Shown piece by piece: positions 62,458-64,000 of a stretch of 64,000 nucleotides of DNA. Source of the stretch: Balanoglossus misakiensis. Its lineage: Eukaryota > Animalia > Hemichordata. The translations under genes were made by a program, and so were the position numbers. The stretch is taken from the NCBI GenBank assembly GCA_040954595.2, contig CM082582.2, forward strand, positions 7,814,063 through 7,878,062, in the 5' to 3' direction. The notes beneath the pieces were generated by a model, which worked only from the letters and a program-made list of their open reading frames with translations, searched no databases and was not told the origin of the DNA. Position 1 is the stretch's first letter. Every line of letters starts with the position of its first letter.

Positions 62458-63984
62458 ATGTCCGACTCTGAGGAAGATTATAGTTCCGAAGAAGACGAGG
62501 ATTACGTCCCTTCCGGTATTGTTTGTCTTGTTATTGTGGTAAACAATATTTTGACGTGGTGAAGCAACACATGTTGACGTAAGAGTTGGTGGCGCACTTC
62601 AATCGGTCATGTTGCATTGTCCACATCCAGAAATTTAACTTCAGTAAATACAAATCACAATGTCAGATCAATGTTTCAGCATCAAACCAGAAGTTTCCCC
62701 AGTAAGTGCAGATTTTGAAGGCTCGCCTCCACATTCTCTGTTCTGGTTTCACTTCATACAGAGGAAGATATCAGTGAAGAAGATGATGATCCAGGAGTGG
62801 TAGATGAAGAAGTGGGAGGTGTTCAAATAGGAAACAAGAAAAATAAACAGAGAAAGAATGAACAACCAAGGTGTGTTACAATATTAATCAACAATCAGGA
62901 GGAGTTATACTAGCCTTTATAAAGCTTTCAGAAATGACATTGATGTATCGTAACATTTCTTCATCCTTCTAGAAAGAGGAAAGGTGGAATAAAATTAGAT
63001 GAAGATGATGAGCAGGCTATCAAGGAGGAAGAAGAGGAGGAGAAGAAACGACAGGCTGAGTTGGCCAAGGAAATCCAGAAAGATGAAGAAAAGACGAAAG
63101 AAGAAAGAGAAAAGAAAAAAGCTGATGATTTATGGGCCAGTTTTCTTAAGGATGTTACGCCACCTGCCAAACCAAAACAGTCTGCAAGTGTTGGCATGGC
63201 AACGGGACAGAAAACACCTACCAGTTGTAGCAGCCAGCAGGAAAAGACAAGTTTAGTACAGAGCAAGGAGAAGAAAAGTGATGAAGCTAAAGATGCCAAA
63301 AGCAAAGTCACTGTGACGAAAGTGTTTGATTTTGCTGGCGAAGAAGTCAAGTAAGTATTATTTTCAAAGCATAGTGGTACATTGTATCTGCTAATGCTGA
63401 ACTGCCAATTCATGCAAAGATAGCACTGAACAAGGTTGGGCATAAGTAGTGTTTTCTTGAGGAAATATAAACTAAACACCTTTGTATGTATGCAGCAGAA
63501 ATTAACTGTATTTGAAGTAATTGTCCATCAGGATATCTGATGTGTACAGTATCATCACATTTCACTCTATCACCCCCAGTTCCCTCTATAGAGGTCCAGA
63601 TTTACCAAGGTAAACAATGGATTTGGAGCAAACCATGGTGGTGAAAGGGTTAATTAATCAAACAAACCATGAAAATATTTCACGTTCAAGTCAAACCATT
63701 TTAACGCATTCACCCCTCCTATCCCCATTATGTGTTCACCTGCGCCACCAAAAACTACAGGGGTGGAACCAAGTTGTGTTGTTGTTAGTCCCACCGACTT
63801 TCTTTGGCAGGGTGACAGAAGAGGTGGATGTGGATTCAAAAGAAGCCAAGGCTTTCTTAAAGGAGACCGAGAAGCCCACAGAGAAATCCACCGAGAAACC
63901 GACAACGGCTGGAGAAAGCAGTGGAAAATCACAGCCAAATGTTTTGTCAAGAATAGGAATCGGAGGCTCTACATCTTCGCCAGG
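62458..63984 (+). CDS. CFDP1: Craniofacial development protein 1 (BCNT/Swc5 family), 5' part. Exons 62458-62515, 62762-62870, 62973-63350, 63811-63984; continues past the window
   Basis: [72 protein letters not shown]; head-to-head with TMEM170, 199 bp between start codons. Confidence 0.93.
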
Positions 63985-64000
63985 GTAATTTATCCTATCT

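Noticed and set aside
62821-62832. GGVQIGNK, an exact RHIM core in CFDP1 exon 2
   Set aside because: Lies in an acidic/basic disordered region without RHIM flanking residues; a four-residue match is expected by chance.

Overview
Intron-rich, AT-rich animal genomic DNA, probably a marine invertebrate (inference), so most tracked ORFs are single exons or noise. Gene models below were spliced by hand from GT-AG sites and intron phase. Housekeeping genes: OSGIN1/2 (+), NUDCD1 (+), TMEM170 (-) and the 5' part of CFDP1 (+). Between them is a compact necroptosis-like cluster. It holds two RIP kinases (kinase-RHIM-death domain), each with a candidate caspase-8 Asp at the same exon position. It also holds an MLKL gene (4-helix bundle + pseudokinase) with a late frameshift, an intact duplicate of MLKL exons 2-9 and a third copy of exons 8-9. 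The most unusual element is four kinase-less genes that join an MLKL-type N-terminal four-helix bundle (4HB) to a death domain; one also has a RIPK-derived RHIM-like exon. The 7.5-42 kb part is built from recent tandem duplications and carries non-autonomous DNA transposons (Harbinger-, Kolobok-, Tc2/pogo-, IS3EU-, piggyBac- and Helentron/DINE-like). No database searches were run; family assignments rest on recalled motifs.
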